A DNA stretch of 64,000 nucleotides from Planctomycetaceae bacterium (GTDB lineage Bacteria > Planctomycetota > Planctomycetia > Planctomycetales > Planctomycetaceae): NCBI GenBank assembly GCA_041753475.1, contig JBGSUN010000001.1, positions 46,242 to 110,241 on the forward strand, read 5' to 3'. Each line of letters opens with the position of its first letter. Positions within the stretch are counted from its first letter, which is position 1. The translations under genes and the position numbers were made by a program. Of the stretch, positions 48,995 through 58,370 are shown piece after piece. The notes beneath the pieces were generated by a model, which was not told the origin of the DNA, ran no database searches, and saw only the letters and a program-made list of their open reading frames with translations.

Positions 48995-51175
48995 ATGGAC
49001 GTTCTGAACCCGTGGATGCTCGCTGGATTGGCGGGGGTGCTGCTCCCCCTGTTGATCCACCTGCTCGCGCGGCGACGGTTGCCGATCATCGATTGGGGAG
49101 CGATGCAGTTCCTGCAAACGTCGCCCTATTCCCGGCGTTCGTTCGCCATCGACGACTGGTTCCTGTTGTTGCTTCGGATGTCGGCGCTCGCGCTACTGGC
49201 ACTCGCACTGGCCCGCCCATGGATCGCTGGAAATCGGCTGGGATGGTCACGGTGGATCGGGGCGCGTGATGTGGCTGTAGTGCTGGATGGCTCGTTCAGC
49301 ACCGCGGTGCTCCATCAAGGAAGGCCGGTGCAGGAAGCCTTGCGGGATGAGGTACGAGCCTTGCTTGCCGGTTTGTCCGCCGGTTCCACGGTGCAAATCT
49401 TTGATGCGCGCGAAGCCGTGATTCCGTTGCTGCCGCGGCGCAGTGCCGTCACCGGCCCCGCCACGGCTTCTTTGCAGGATTTGCGACCACCGACAGGAAG
49501 TTCTCATCTTCCCGCGGCGATCCTCACCGCCTGCCGGGATCTGCTCGACACACCGCAAATCCACCGTGAGGTCATCGTCTTCGCCGATCACCAAGTGCGG
49601 GCCTGGCGGCCAGATGATGCCGCGGCCTGGGCAGCGGTCGATGGACAGCTTCGCCAATCTGCAGTTCCGCCCCGGATTTCGGTGATCGGGCAGAGACCGC
49701 AGAACGAGGCCGTTGACGACGTGGGTTGGGAGAAGGTCCGTTTGTCGCGGGAACGCCTGGTGCCAGGGCAGTCGGTCACGATCCACGGGCAATTGAAAAA
49801 CTGGGGGCCGACGCCACAGCAACGCCGGGTCTGGTGCGTGCTCAACGGCCGGCCGATTGCCGAACATCAAACCACGGTGCGGTTGCCGCCGGGATACACG
49901 GCACCGGTTTCGTTTGAAGTTCAACTTCCCGGCACCGGCCCACAGGCACTCTCGCTCCGATCCGAAGCAGACGCGCTGCCTGGCAATGATCACACGGAAT
50001 TCATTGCGGAGGTGGTCACCGGCGTGAAAGTTTTGCTCGTCGATGGCACGCCGTCCGATGACCCACTCCGCAGCGAGATCTTCTTTGCCAAGGCGGCCCT
50101 TGAAAACACGGGCGAATCCGGTGGTTGGGTGGCTCTAACCACAGTCCCAATCTCGGCATTCACCGCGGAAATGCTGGCCGCGCAGGATGTTGTCGTGCTG
50201 GCCAATGTCCCGCCATTGGGAAAGGAAACCGTCGCCGGACTGGAACAATTCGTCACCCGCGGCGGGGCGGTGCTCGTCACCCTCGGCGATCAAAGTTCAA
50301 CGGGGGAAGCCCAAGAACACACCGAATGGCAAGCCTGGTTGCCGGTGGCATTGAGCGCATGGCACGATCCGACCGACGCCACCATCACACCGACCCATAT
50401 CGCAGCGGAGAGCCTGACCCAACCGTGGTTGGAACGGTTTCGTCCGGAACGCGGTGGTGAGTTATGCGAGGCCACGTTTCGCGGATGGTGGACGACGGCC
50501 ATGCCTCCCCGTGGTCCGAGAGAGGAATCGTTAGTCATCGCGCGCTTCACGAATGGTGACCCGTGGCTGGTCTCGGCGCGGCATGGGAAAGGAACGGTAG
50601 TCGTGGCCACATCGACGCTGGATGCCGATGGCAACACGCTCCCCGCGCGGCCGGACTATGTCGCCTGGCTCCACGAACTGCTGCTCGCCATGTCGGAACC
50701 ACCCCAGCGGCGCAACATCGCTGCGGGAGAAAGCATCCCCTGGCCGCCGTTGAAGCCGAAGATGCAGATGGAATTTCTCGACCCGTGGGGTACCTCGCTG
50801 GCAACGGAGGATGCACAACGGCCGACATGGTCCACCGCCCGCTGGCCCGGAGTGTATGTCGCAACGACAAGGGATGAGCAACGACCGCGTGGCAGTGATC
50901 CGACACTTTTCTGCGGGACGGCAGAGATCGAAGCCTTTGCCGCTCAGATCGACGGACAGGAAGCCGATCGGACTCCACTCACCGACGCCGAGCAGGCCAC
51001 TCTCACCGCAGGGCAGCGTCTCCGTTTCTACGACAGCGTCGAAGACTGGCAACGCCATCAGGCCACCGACGCCCCGCATAGCGAACTCGGCTGGTCCATC
51101 CTCTGGTGTGTCCTCGGGCTCTTGATGCTCGAAAGCCTCATCACTCACCGCCGCGCGAGTCACCCCGCCACCTGA
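48995..51175 (+). CDS. BatA-like protein: N-terminal double-TM anchor plus a vWA-like domain
   Basis: MDVLNPWMLAGLAGVLLPLLIHLLARRR...FLLLLRMSALALLALALARP matches the double-transmembrane N-terminal domain, followed by DVAVVLDGSFS (vWA MIDAS-like). Confidence 0.7.
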   Translation: MDVLNPWMLAGLAGVLLPLLIHLLARRRLPIIDWGAMQFLQTSPYSRRSFAIDDWFLLLLRMSALALLALALARPWIAGNRLGWSRWIGARDVAVVLDGSFSTAVLHQGRPVQEALRDEVRALLAGLSAGSTVQIFDAREAVIPLLPRRSAVTGPATASLQDLRPPTGSSHLPAAILTACRDLLDTPQIHREVIVFADHQVRAWRPDDAAAWAAVDGQLRQSAVPPRISVIGQRPQNEAVDDVGWEKVRLSRERLVPGQSVTIHGQLKNWGPTPQQRRVWCVLNGRPIAEHQTTVRLPPGYTAPVSFEVQLPGTGPQALSLRSEADALPGNDHTEFIAEVVTGVKVLLVDGTPSDDPLRSEIFFAKAALENTGESGGWVALTTVPISAFTAEMLAAQDVVVLANVPPLGKETVAGLEQFVTRGGAVLVTLGDQSSTGEAQEHTEWQAWLPVALSAWHDPTDATITPTHIAAESLTQPWLERFRPERGGELCEATFRGWWTTAMPPRGPREESLVIARFTNGDPWLVSARHGKGTVVVATSTLDADGNTLPARPDYVAWLHELLLAMSEPPQRRNIAAGESIPWPPLKPKMQMEFLDPWGTSLATEDAQRPTWSTARWPGVYVATTRDEQRPRGSDPTLFCGTAEIEAFAAQIDGQEADRTPLTDAEQATLTAGQRLRFYDSVEDWQRHQATDAPHSELGWSILWCVLGLLMLESLITHRRASHPAT

Positions 51176-51253
51176 ATTCGAATTCAGGTCGTTGATGCGG
51201 TGGCCCGACTCCCGTTTCTAGGGACATGGCAGCCCGTCGTTTTATTCGATTTC

Positions 51254-51331
51254 GTGTGCCACGGCCGTGTCGGCCGTGCGATTTTTCCGAGCGTTTTGCC
51301 ACCTTTCACGGCCGACACGGCCGTGGCACAC
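51254..51331. repeat. Family A-prime palindromic element with perfect 25-nt inverted arms
   Basis: GTGTGCCACGGCCGTGTCGGCCGTG (51254-51278) and CACGGCCGACACGGCCGTGGCACAC (51307-51331), separated by a 28-nt T-rich spacer. Confidence 0.9.
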
Positions 51332-51488
51332 AACAGATCCACATGCTGATGGGCGAAACCTTTCATCAATTCCATGCGGTCTGATTTTTCGCCAACGAGT
51401 TTCATCCCCGCTTCAGGTTGTCCTCTCTATGATCACCGGTCTTGCTTGGTACACCACTTCCATCATTCGGCCTGTCGGAAAACGTGTC

Positions 51489-52652
51489 ATGCGTTCACTC
51501 TTGTTGTTCGTCGCCGCCGTTGGATGGACTTTGCCGCTGTGGGGGGCTGATGCTCCGACCGAATTGAGGCCGATTGGCGGGCGCTGGTATCTCAAGACGG
51601 GCGAGAAGCCCGTTTACTACTATCGTGATGCCGAGCGCTATGTCGATCTGTTCTCGTACCACACGAAAGACTCGAACAAGGACGGCATCGACAACGTCCG
51701 GCTGAGCCATGACAGCGACTTCATCATCATGGACAGCCAGGGCTACCCGAATCATCCGACGGCGGTCTTTCCGAATAGCGGCAACCCGAACACGATCCGT
51801 GTGCAGAATTTCCGCTTCAAACTGCCGCTGGTACCGAAGAAAGCGCAGGAGATTACGACACTGCCGATGGGGCCGATCGGGACCGCCATCAATGGGGTGG
51901 TCTTCTTCAATCCGTTTGAAGCCGGCGGCATGAACGCGGTGGAGGGCTATTCCGAAGTCTGGCTCGATTCCTGCTGCGGACATCCTCAACAGTCGGGGGT
52001 CTATCACTACCATAAGTATCCGAGTTGCGTGAAATCGCCGTTCGCCGATGACGGCAAACAGCACTCACCGATTGTGGGCTTTGCCTTCGATGGTTTTCCG
52101 GTTTATGGCCCGTATGACGCCCCCGGAGTGATGGCGCGTGATCTCAAGGACCATCGCGCCCTGGATGTCTGCAACGGCCACGAAGACACGGAGCGCGGGT
52201 ACCACTACCACGTCACCCCCGGCCGCTTTCCTTACATCATCGGCGGGTATGCGGGTGTGGTGGAACGCTCCAACATTCGCGGACCGGGGCGGATGCAAAT
52301 CGGCGCGATTCAGAACAATGCCGAAGGAGAAAGTCGCATCGAAAACGTCCTCACGACGGTCCGCCCCGGCACGGCCTCCCGCGGCAAGACACACACCGTG
52401 CAGTTTGAACTCACACCGGAGAATGTCCGCCGGCAGACACTACCTAAAGACAAACCGATCTGGGTGCAGATTGGTCCGTTCGAGGCGAGCAAGATTGTTC
52501 GTCAGGGAAACATGGTGACGGCCGAAATCACGATTCCCGACGACGCCCCGGTCGGAATTCTGCTCGATTGCCACATCGAGTTCGACGACCCAAGCGGTCG
52601 TCCTGGTTCCATGGTGTTCAAGAAGAACGATGCGTTCCGAGTCATTGAGTAA
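51489..52652 (+). CDS. YHYH-domain exported protein
   Basis: Signal MRSLLLFVAAVGWTLPLWGA; CCGHPQQSGVYHYHKYPSC and CNGHEDTERGYHYHVTPGRFPY. Confidence 0.75.
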   Translation: MRSLLLFVAAVGWTLPLWGADAPTELRPIGGRWYLKTGEKPVYYYRDAERYVDLFSYHTKDSNKDGIDNVRLSHDSDFIIMDSQGYPNHPTAVFPNSGNPNTIRVQNFRFKLPLVPKKAQEITTLPMGPIGTAINGVVFFNPFEAGGMNAVEGYSEVWLDSCCGHPQQSGVYHYHKYPSCVKSPFADDGKQHSPIVGFAFDGFPVYGPYDAPGVMARDLKDHRALDVCNGHEDTERGYHYHVTPGRFPYIIGGYAGVVERSNIRGPGRMQIGAIQNNAEGESRIENVLTTVRPGTASRGKTHTVQFELTPENVRRQTLPKDKPIWVQIGPFEASKIVRQGNMVTAEITIPDDAPVGILLDCHIEFDDPSGRPGSMVFKKNDAFRVIE

Positions 52653-52687
52653 CAAGAACAAAGCCTCAAACCCTGGGAGATACTTTC

Positions 52688-53368
52688 ATGAAACGCGTGA
52701 TGTGGACATGGACCTTATTGACGGTCGCCGGAGCAACGGCAGTGCTGGCACAGCCTCCGGGTGGTCGCGGTCCGGGGGGACCCGGCGGTGGTCCGGGAGG
52801 GCCGGGGGGTGGACGTCCCCCGCAACCGGTGATCGAAGCCCTCGACACCGACCATGATGGCGTGATCTCTGCGGACGAACTCAAGAATTCCGCCACGACC
52901 TTGGCAGCCCTCGACAAGAACAAAGACGGCAAGCTCACCGAAGACGAACTTCGCCCGATGGGCCGCGGCCCCGGTGGACAGTTCGGCCCAGGCGGACCCG
53001 GATTCGGTGGTCCCGGCGGACGTGGTCCACAAGAAGGGGGACCTGGCGCACGCGGCGGGAATGCTCCAGGGCGTCGGCCCGAAGGCGAACGTGGTCCAGG
53101 CGGTCCCGGTGGTGGACCGCAAGGACGTGGTCCGCAAGGCGAGGGCCCCCAGGGTCCACCTCCCCCACCGAATCCTGAGCGCATGCTCGAACATGCCCTG
53201 GAATTCGACACGGATAAAGATGGCAAACTCAGTAAAGAAGAACTGAAGAAGTTCGTTGAAGACTTCACTTCACACCACGCCGGTCCTCCGGGTGGTCCGG
53301 GTCGACAAGGTGGCCCCGGCGGACGTCCCGAAAGCGAACGCCCCGAACGTCCCCGCCGTCCGGAATAA
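52688..53368 (+). CDS. Secreted EF-hand calcium-binding protein with Gly/Pro-rich low-complexity linkers
   Basis: Signal peptide, then three EF-hand loops (DTDHDGVISADE, DKNKDGKLTEDE, DTDKDGKLSKEE) separated by GPGG-type repeats. Confidence 0.8.
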   Translation: MKRVMWTWTLLTVAGATAVLAQPPGGRGPGGPGGGPGGPGGGRPPQPVIEALDTDHDGVISADELKNSATTLAALDKNKDGKLTEDELRPMGRGPGGQFGPGGPGFGGPGGRGPQEGGPGARGGNAPGRRPEGERGPGGPGGGPQGRGPQGEGPQGPPPPPNPERMLEHALEFDTDKDGKLSKEELKKFVEDFTSHHAGPPGGPGRQGGPGGRPESERPERPRRPE

Positions 53369-53383
53369 CAGTCGCACCCCGGC

Positions 53384-53415
53384 TGCTTCCTCGCAGCCGG
53401 GGTGCTCGGTGATGA
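53384..53415. repeat. Family B hairpin (variant, perfect stem)
   Basis: GCACCCCGGCTGC-ttcctc-GCAGCCGGGGTGC, 16 nt after the stop at 53368. Confidence 0.9.
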
Positions 53416-53447
53416 CGCGCGCTGGCTGCCAACTCCAGCATCCCGGC

Positions 53448-53479
53448 TGCCAGGAAGCAGCCGGGATGCAACTCTTCCT
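53448..53479. repeat. Family B hairpin (perfect)
   Basis: GCATCCCGGCTGC-caggaa-GCAGCCGGGATGC. Confidence 0.9.
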
Positions 53480-53539
53480 TGACGCGCTTCGATGCCCCCT
53501 TCACGATACCCCACACACGGGGTGACATCGTGAAGGGGA

Positions 53540-54526
53540 TTGTGCATGACCGGCGTGCGGTTTGCGATACTCGGCTGCGGCCGCATGGGGCGACATCACA
53601 GCGAACAATTGCTCGCCGACGGGCGCGGACAGGTCACGGCCTTATTGGATGCCGTTCATCCCACAGCGGTGGCGTTACAACAATCCCTGTGGCCGAACGC
53701 GCGCGTCTGCCATGACTTCGCTGAATTACTCCACTGCGACAACGTCGATGCTGCCATCATCTGCACACCGACTGCGGAGCATTTCACTCAAGTGAACGGC
53801 TGCCTTGACCGGGGTTGGCATGTCCTCTGCGAAAAGCCGTTGGCATCGAATCGCGGACAGATTCTCGCCCTTATTGCCGCGGGTGAACGTGCCGCCGCCA
53901 AGAAGCAGGCATTCTCGCTCGGGTATCAACGCCGGCACACGGCACTCTATCGCACCTTGCGACGGGAGGTGCGCTCCGGAAAATGGGGCGGAATTCGCGC
54001 GATTGTGTCGCACAATGTGGAGAACTGGCAGCCGACCATCCCCGGCACGTGGCGCAATGACCCGCAGCAAAACCCCGGCGGCTTCCTCACCGACGCCGGC
54101 AGTCACAAACTGGACCAATTGTTCTACGTCACCGGACTCGCGCCGCGCGAAGTCTTTGCCCGCAGCCAGACCTGGGGCAGCCATGTCGAGATCGTGACCA
54201 GTGCCTCGGCTCTGCTCGAACACGACGTGACCGCCACGATCGACTTCATCGGCCACGCCCAGTATCTCGGCGAAGACCTCGCCATTCACTGCGAACGCGC
54301 CGATCTGATGATCCGCCACGGGGAACTCTGGCTCGGTCGCTCCGCGAAAATGGAACGCCTGCCCGTGGATGAACCGGACTCCACTCCCGTTTCGAGTTTG
54401 CTCGACACAATTCTCACCGGCGCGGCAGACCGCTCGCCGCCGAGCGCAGCACTGCCTGTGTATGATCTGACACAGGCCATGCTGCAATCGAGCCGGACGA
54501 AAACGTTGGTCGTCGTCGAGTCCTGA
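53540..54526 (+). CDS. Gfo/Idh/MocA-family NAD(P)-dependent oxidoreductase
   Basis: VRFAILGCGRMGRHH Rossmann motif and HVLCEKPLA. Confidence 0.85.
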   Translation: MCMTGVRFAILGCGRMGRHHSEQLLADGRGQVTALLDAVHPTAVALQQSLWPNARVCHDFAELLHCDNVDAAIICTPTAEHFTQVNGCLDRGWHVLCEKPLASNRGQILALIAAGERAAAKKQAFSLGYQRRHTALYRTLRREVRSGKWGGIRAIVSHNVENWQPTIPGTWRNDPQQNPGGFLTDAGSHKLDQLFYVTGLAPREVFARSQTWGSHVEIVTSASALLEHDVTATIDFIGHAQYLGEDLAIHCERADLMIRHGELWLGRSAKMERLPVDEPDSTPVSSLLDTILTGAADRSPPSAALPVYDLTQAMLQSSRTKTLVVVES

Positions 54527-54533
54527 ACCCAGA

Positions 54534-54590
54534 CCGGAGCGCAAGCGACGGGAGTCGCTTCGGAGAGAACTCCCGTCGCTTGCGCTCCGG
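54534..54590. terminator. Family D hairpin: perfect 22-bp stem between convergent genes (a candidate bidirectional terminator or RNA stabiliser, no U-tract)
   Basis: CCGGAGCGCAAGCGACGGGAGT-cgcttcggagaga-ACTCCCGTCGCTTGCGCTCCGG. Confidence 0.6.
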
Positions 54591-54607
54591 GCTGGGAAAC
54601 GCTTTGA

Positions 54608-55831
54608 TCAGGTGATGTGCGCGCCGCGGGCTTCCACATAGACGGCGTAGACCGACGTGCTGGCCGTCATGAAGAGGCGGTTGCGTTTCGAACCGCCGAA
54701 GCAGACGTTGCTGCAAATCTCCGGTAGCTTGATCTGACCAATGCGCACACCTTCCTTCGGCTCGAAGACGTGAACGCCGTCGTAACCATCACCCACCCAA
54801 CCGGCGCTCGCCCAGATGTTGCCATCGACATCGCAACGAATGCCGTCCGCGAACCCGGCTTTGTCCTCATGGGCATGCGTGAGTGTGGAATCCTTGTCGA
54901 GCACACCGCGTTTTTTGGCGTCGAGGAGTTGCTGTTCCGTGAGTTTCACGGGCATCGATAACTTCATTGACGCGAACTCTTTTCCATTGGCGAGCTTCTT
55001 CTCATCAACGATGTCCCACACTTTGATGTTCTTCGGCGCGTCTTCGTAGTGTGACGCCCCCGTGTCGGCGACATAGAGCTTCTTGTAATCCGGCGAAAAG
55101 CACAGGCCGTTCGGTTTGAAGATTTCGTCGGTCACCTTTTCGATCTTCAACGTCTTGCCGTCAATGCGGTAGACCGCTTCCTTTTGATACGGCTGTTTCG
55201 AGTTGTTCGACGCTTTTTCGCCTTCGTAGTTCATCAGGCTGCCGTAGCCGGGATCAGTGAACCAGATGTCGCCGTTGGGATGAACCGCACCGTCGTTGGG
55301 AGCATTGAACGGCTTGCCGTCAAACTTGTCGGCGAGGACGGTGATGCTGCCATCGTACTCATAACGGACCACGCGGCGGTTGCCGTGTTCGAAGGAGATC
55401 TGCCGTCCCTGGAAGTCGAACGTGTTGCCGTTGCTGTTGCCGGCGGGGTGACGGAACGTGCTGACGTGGCCGTCGTCTTCGAGCCACCGCATCTGGACGT
55501 TGTTGGGGATATCGCTCCAGAGCAGGTACTTGCCGACACCGTTCCACGCAGGACCTTCGGCCCAGAGCATTTGCTCGCTGTGGTAGATCCGTTGGATGGG
55601 TGTGTTGCCAATCGCGTATTTTTTGAACCGGGGGTCGAGCGTCACAATGTCCGGGTCGGGATACCTCACGGGTTGCGCGGTGGGGCCGTAGTCTCGTGCC
55701 AGCGCCGACGCTGCGGTCATCCCCAGAGCCCCCGCCGCCGCAGCGAGAAAGGCACGTCGCGGCATGCCGTTGGCCATGGCGAGTTGCTGCTGCTGATCAT
55801 TCGCCGACGGCGCGGATTGGGATTCAGTCAT
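54608..55831 (-). CDS. SMP-30/gluconolactonase/LRE-family protein with a twin-arginine signal
   Basis: RRAFLAAAAGALGMTA signal; EGPAWNGVGKYLLWSDIPNN and NGLCFSPDYKKLYVADTG. Confidence 0.8.
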   Translation of the reverse strand: MTESQSAPSANDQQQQLAMANGMPRRAFLAAAAGALGMTAASALARDYGPTAQPVRYPDPDIVTLDPRFKKYAIGNTPIQRIYHSEQMLWAEGPAWNGVGKYLLWSDIPNNVQMRWLEDDGHVSTFRHPAGNSNGNTFDFQGRQISFEHGNRRVVRYEYDGSITVLADKFDGKPFNAPNDGAVHPNGDIWFTDPGYGSLMNYEGEKASNNSKQPYQKEAVYRIDGKTLKIEKVTDEIFKPNGLCFSPDYKKLYVADTGASHYEDAPKNIKVWDIVDEKKLANGKEFASMKLSMPVKLTEQQLLDAKKRGVLDKDSTLTHAHEDKAGFADGIRCDVDGNIWASAGWVGDGYDGVHVFEPKEGVRIGQIKLPEICSNVCFGGSKRNRLFMTASTSVYAVYVEARGAHIT

Positions 55832-56257
55832 GCTGTTGCCTCAGAGGTAGTCAGAATTGTGTTGGTCCCGCAGCGATATCGGGGACACCTGTGAATCGAG
55901 GCACAGTAACACACCGGCCGCGCGGAGAAAACGCATCGACTTCAACCGATTTTTCACGATGCGAGACGGACGATGCCGATCGTGAGTCACCGAATTCCAG
56001 AAAACGAGCACCCACCTCCCCGGACCGTCGGTTTTCGGCATCCCAGATGCAGCATTGGTCTTGGGACGGCTCAAACCGAAGCGATCTGCTTACAAAGCAG
56101 GCACGGCAGCGCGTTTTGCGCGCTGAAGCATGTTGTCATTAGGGAAAACACCTGTTGCCCTGACGGAGAGGGAGCTAGAATTCCTGAATTGATTCGGCCT
56201 TGTGACGCACCAACTGCTGATGCACACCGCAGTACCTGTTTTCGGAGATGAATTGTC

Positions 56258-57364
56258 GTGCAGACACGGACGCTGCCCCCGACTTCCTTGCGAGACCCCA
56301 TGACTTCGCCCGCCGCGACCTCCGCCCGCCCCGGATCTCAGATTCTCGACGGTATGATCGGACAGTCTCCGGCCATGGCGGAAGTCTATCGGCTCACGCA
56401 CCAGGTCGCCGCCACGCCGGCAACGGTGTTGCTGCTGGGCGAGACCGGCACCGGCAAAGAACTGGTGGCGCGGGCGTTGCACGAACTCAGCGCACGCAGT
56501 TCCGGCCCGTTCATCCGCGTCAACTGCGGTGCCCTCAGCGAAAGCCTTCTCGAAAGTGAACTCTTCGGCCACGTGAAAGGGGCGTTTACCAACGCCTTTG
56601 AGAATCGGACGGGCCGGTTTGAAGCCGCGCACGGGGGAACCATTTTCCTCGATGAAATCAACTCGATGAGCTTCACGCTGCAAGTGAAGTTGCTCCGCGT
56701 GCTGCAAGAACAGGAATTCGAGCGCGTGGGCGACTCGAAAACGATTCGTGTCGACTGCCGCATCGTGGCTGCAACCAATCGCGATCTCACCGATGAAATC
56801 GAAGCCGGTCGGTTCCGCGAAGATTTGTATTACCGGCTCAACGTCGTGCCGATTTATCTGCCTCCCCTGAGGGAACGGGTCGACGATATTCCGTTGCTGG
56901 TCCAGCACTTTACGAGACGATACGCCGTGGCGATGGGGCGCAACGTCCCCAAAATTATGGACGATGTCTTCACGCTGCTGAAGTCGTACGCTTGGCCGGG
57001 CAATGTTCGTGAACTGCAAAACTACGTCGAACGCTCGCTCGTCCTGTGCAGCGGCGAGACCGTGACGTCCGACCTTTACCCGCCTCACACACGCGGACTG
57101 GCCCCCATTCGCCTGGGGCGCACCAAGGGAGGCTCGTTGCAAACCATGTGCAGCGAGTTGGTCACGCTCGGCATCACGGAAGCTGGCGAAGACTCGTCAG
57201 ACGTTCACGAACGCGTAGTCTCGCTCATCGAACGGGAGCTCATCCTGCAAGTGCTGCGGTCTTGCCAGGGGATCCAAACGAAGGCTGCCACCCGGCTGGG
57301 GATCAACCGGAACACCCTGCACAAGAAGATTGAGGACTACCACCTCGAAGGCGAAGCCCGATAA
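56258..57364 (+). CDS. Sigma-54-dependent transcriptional activator (AAA+ plus Fis-type HTH) without a sensor/receiver domain
   Basis: [47 protein letters not shown], and C-terminal [18 protein letters not shown]. Only about 30 aa precede the AAA+ core. Confidence 0.9.
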   Translation: MQTRTLPPTSLRDPMTSPAATSARPGSQILDGMIGQSPAMAEVYRLTHQVAATPATVLLLGETGTGKELVARALHELSARSSGPFIRVNCGALSESLLESELFGHVKGAFTNAFENRTGRFEAAHGGTIFLDEINSMSFTLQVKLLRVLQEQEFERVGDSKTIRVDCRIVAATNRDLTDEIEAGRFREDLYYRLNVVPIYLPPLRERVDDIPLLVQHFTRRYAVAMGRNVPKIMDDVFTLLKSYAWPGNVRELQNYVERSLVLCSGETVTSDLYPPHTRGLAPIRLGRTKGGSLQTMCSELVTLGITEAGEDSSDVHERVVSLIERELILQVLRSCQGIQTKAATRLGINRNTLHKKIEDYHLEGEAR

Positions 57365-57617
57365 ACGAAGTTGTGCATTCTGGCAGTCGATCAGCGAATG
57401 CCAATTTGAATGAACTCCGGCTTCGCTTCGAATCTCCACCGTCGTTCGGTTTCGCAACATTCACTCTTCGGCTAGAATGCGGTTCTTCCGCCGACAGCCA
57501 GCGGAACCAGCCTTCCCATCAACAAGGAAGGCAGCGGGTCGATTCGCGAAGGATTCGATGAACCATCGATTTTCGCGAACGCCACATCCACCGTAAACCA
57601 TGTCAGTGAAATCACTT

Positions 57618-57690
<73 letters not shown>

Positions 57691-58148
57691 TTTGCCGCAC
57701 CCTGCGGCACCGCGTCGCATAAGTTCGCAATGGAAGCCAACTTATCGCCGCTTTCTATCGGCCCGGCGGGGTCGCTTTCGTGGCACGGTGTCGCAACTTC
57801 TCGCACCGAATCGTGCCGCGACTGCTGTAAACCACGCTGCAAGTCGTTCGGCAACTTGGACCGGTCCAGAGCATCGAACAATCGGCCGATTCGGTCGACC
57901 AACTTTGGTTGCTCATCCGGGAACAGATGCCCGTCTTCAAGATCATTCTCGATTTGCAGGACGCCGGAACAGCAATCACGCGGCCGTCGATTCAGGATCA
58001 AGTCGACAGGTGGACGGGCAAACGCGAGAAGCCCGAATTCCAATTCGATAAGGTGGATGAGACCATCACGCACATGGTCCGACAGAAATAGTTCGCTTTG
58101 AGTTGAAAACATGGACTTCACACAATGGGGACTCACGGAGGTCACGGC

Positions 58149-58370
58149 ATGACCACCGCACGGTCGCAGTTTGAAATCATCGACGATCAGATGGCCGACA
58201 TCATGCGGCAGAAGACCGAAATCGAACGGCTCGACATCGCCGCTCGGTTGTGGCAGTCCGCACGGGAGATTGTGCAGTGAGCACTCAAGACCGATCATCC
58301 CGATTGGAGCGAGGAGCGGGTCGACCGCGAAATCGCCTACCGGATGAGTCACGGAGTGGTTCCGCGATGA
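58149..58370 (+). pseudogene. Small antitoxin-like gene interrupted by an in-frame TGA
   Basis: MTTARSQFEIIDDQMADIMRQKTEIERLDIAARLWQSAREIVQ-TGA(58278)-ALKTDHPDWSEERVDREIAYRMSHGVVPR. Both halves are in one frame, and the second stop overlaps the next ATG (ATGA). Confidence 0.5.

Noticed and set aside
52666-53586. 306-aa Pro/Gly-rich minus-strand ORF
   Set aside because: It mirrors the GPGG-repeat linkers of the EF-hand gene. The plus strand has a signal peptide and three canonical EF-hand loops, while the antisense frame has nothing but low-complexity sequence.
55832-56257. Sigma-54 (-24/-12) promoter near the activator gene
   Set aside because: The closest match, GGCACG-n12-TTGC around 56100-56125, has the wrong spacing (GG to GC is 18 nt instead of 12). 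TGGCAC strings elsewhere (e.g. 38346, 60562, and inside family A repeats) lack a correctly spaced TTGC.
58278-58280. In-frame TGA as a selenocysteine or programmed read-through codon
   Set aside because: - There is no SECIS-like stem-loop immediately downstream.
- The residue context (REIVQ-x-ALK) has no redox motif.
- The neighbouring gene is also damaged.
- A nonsense mutation or a sequencing error is the simpler explanation.
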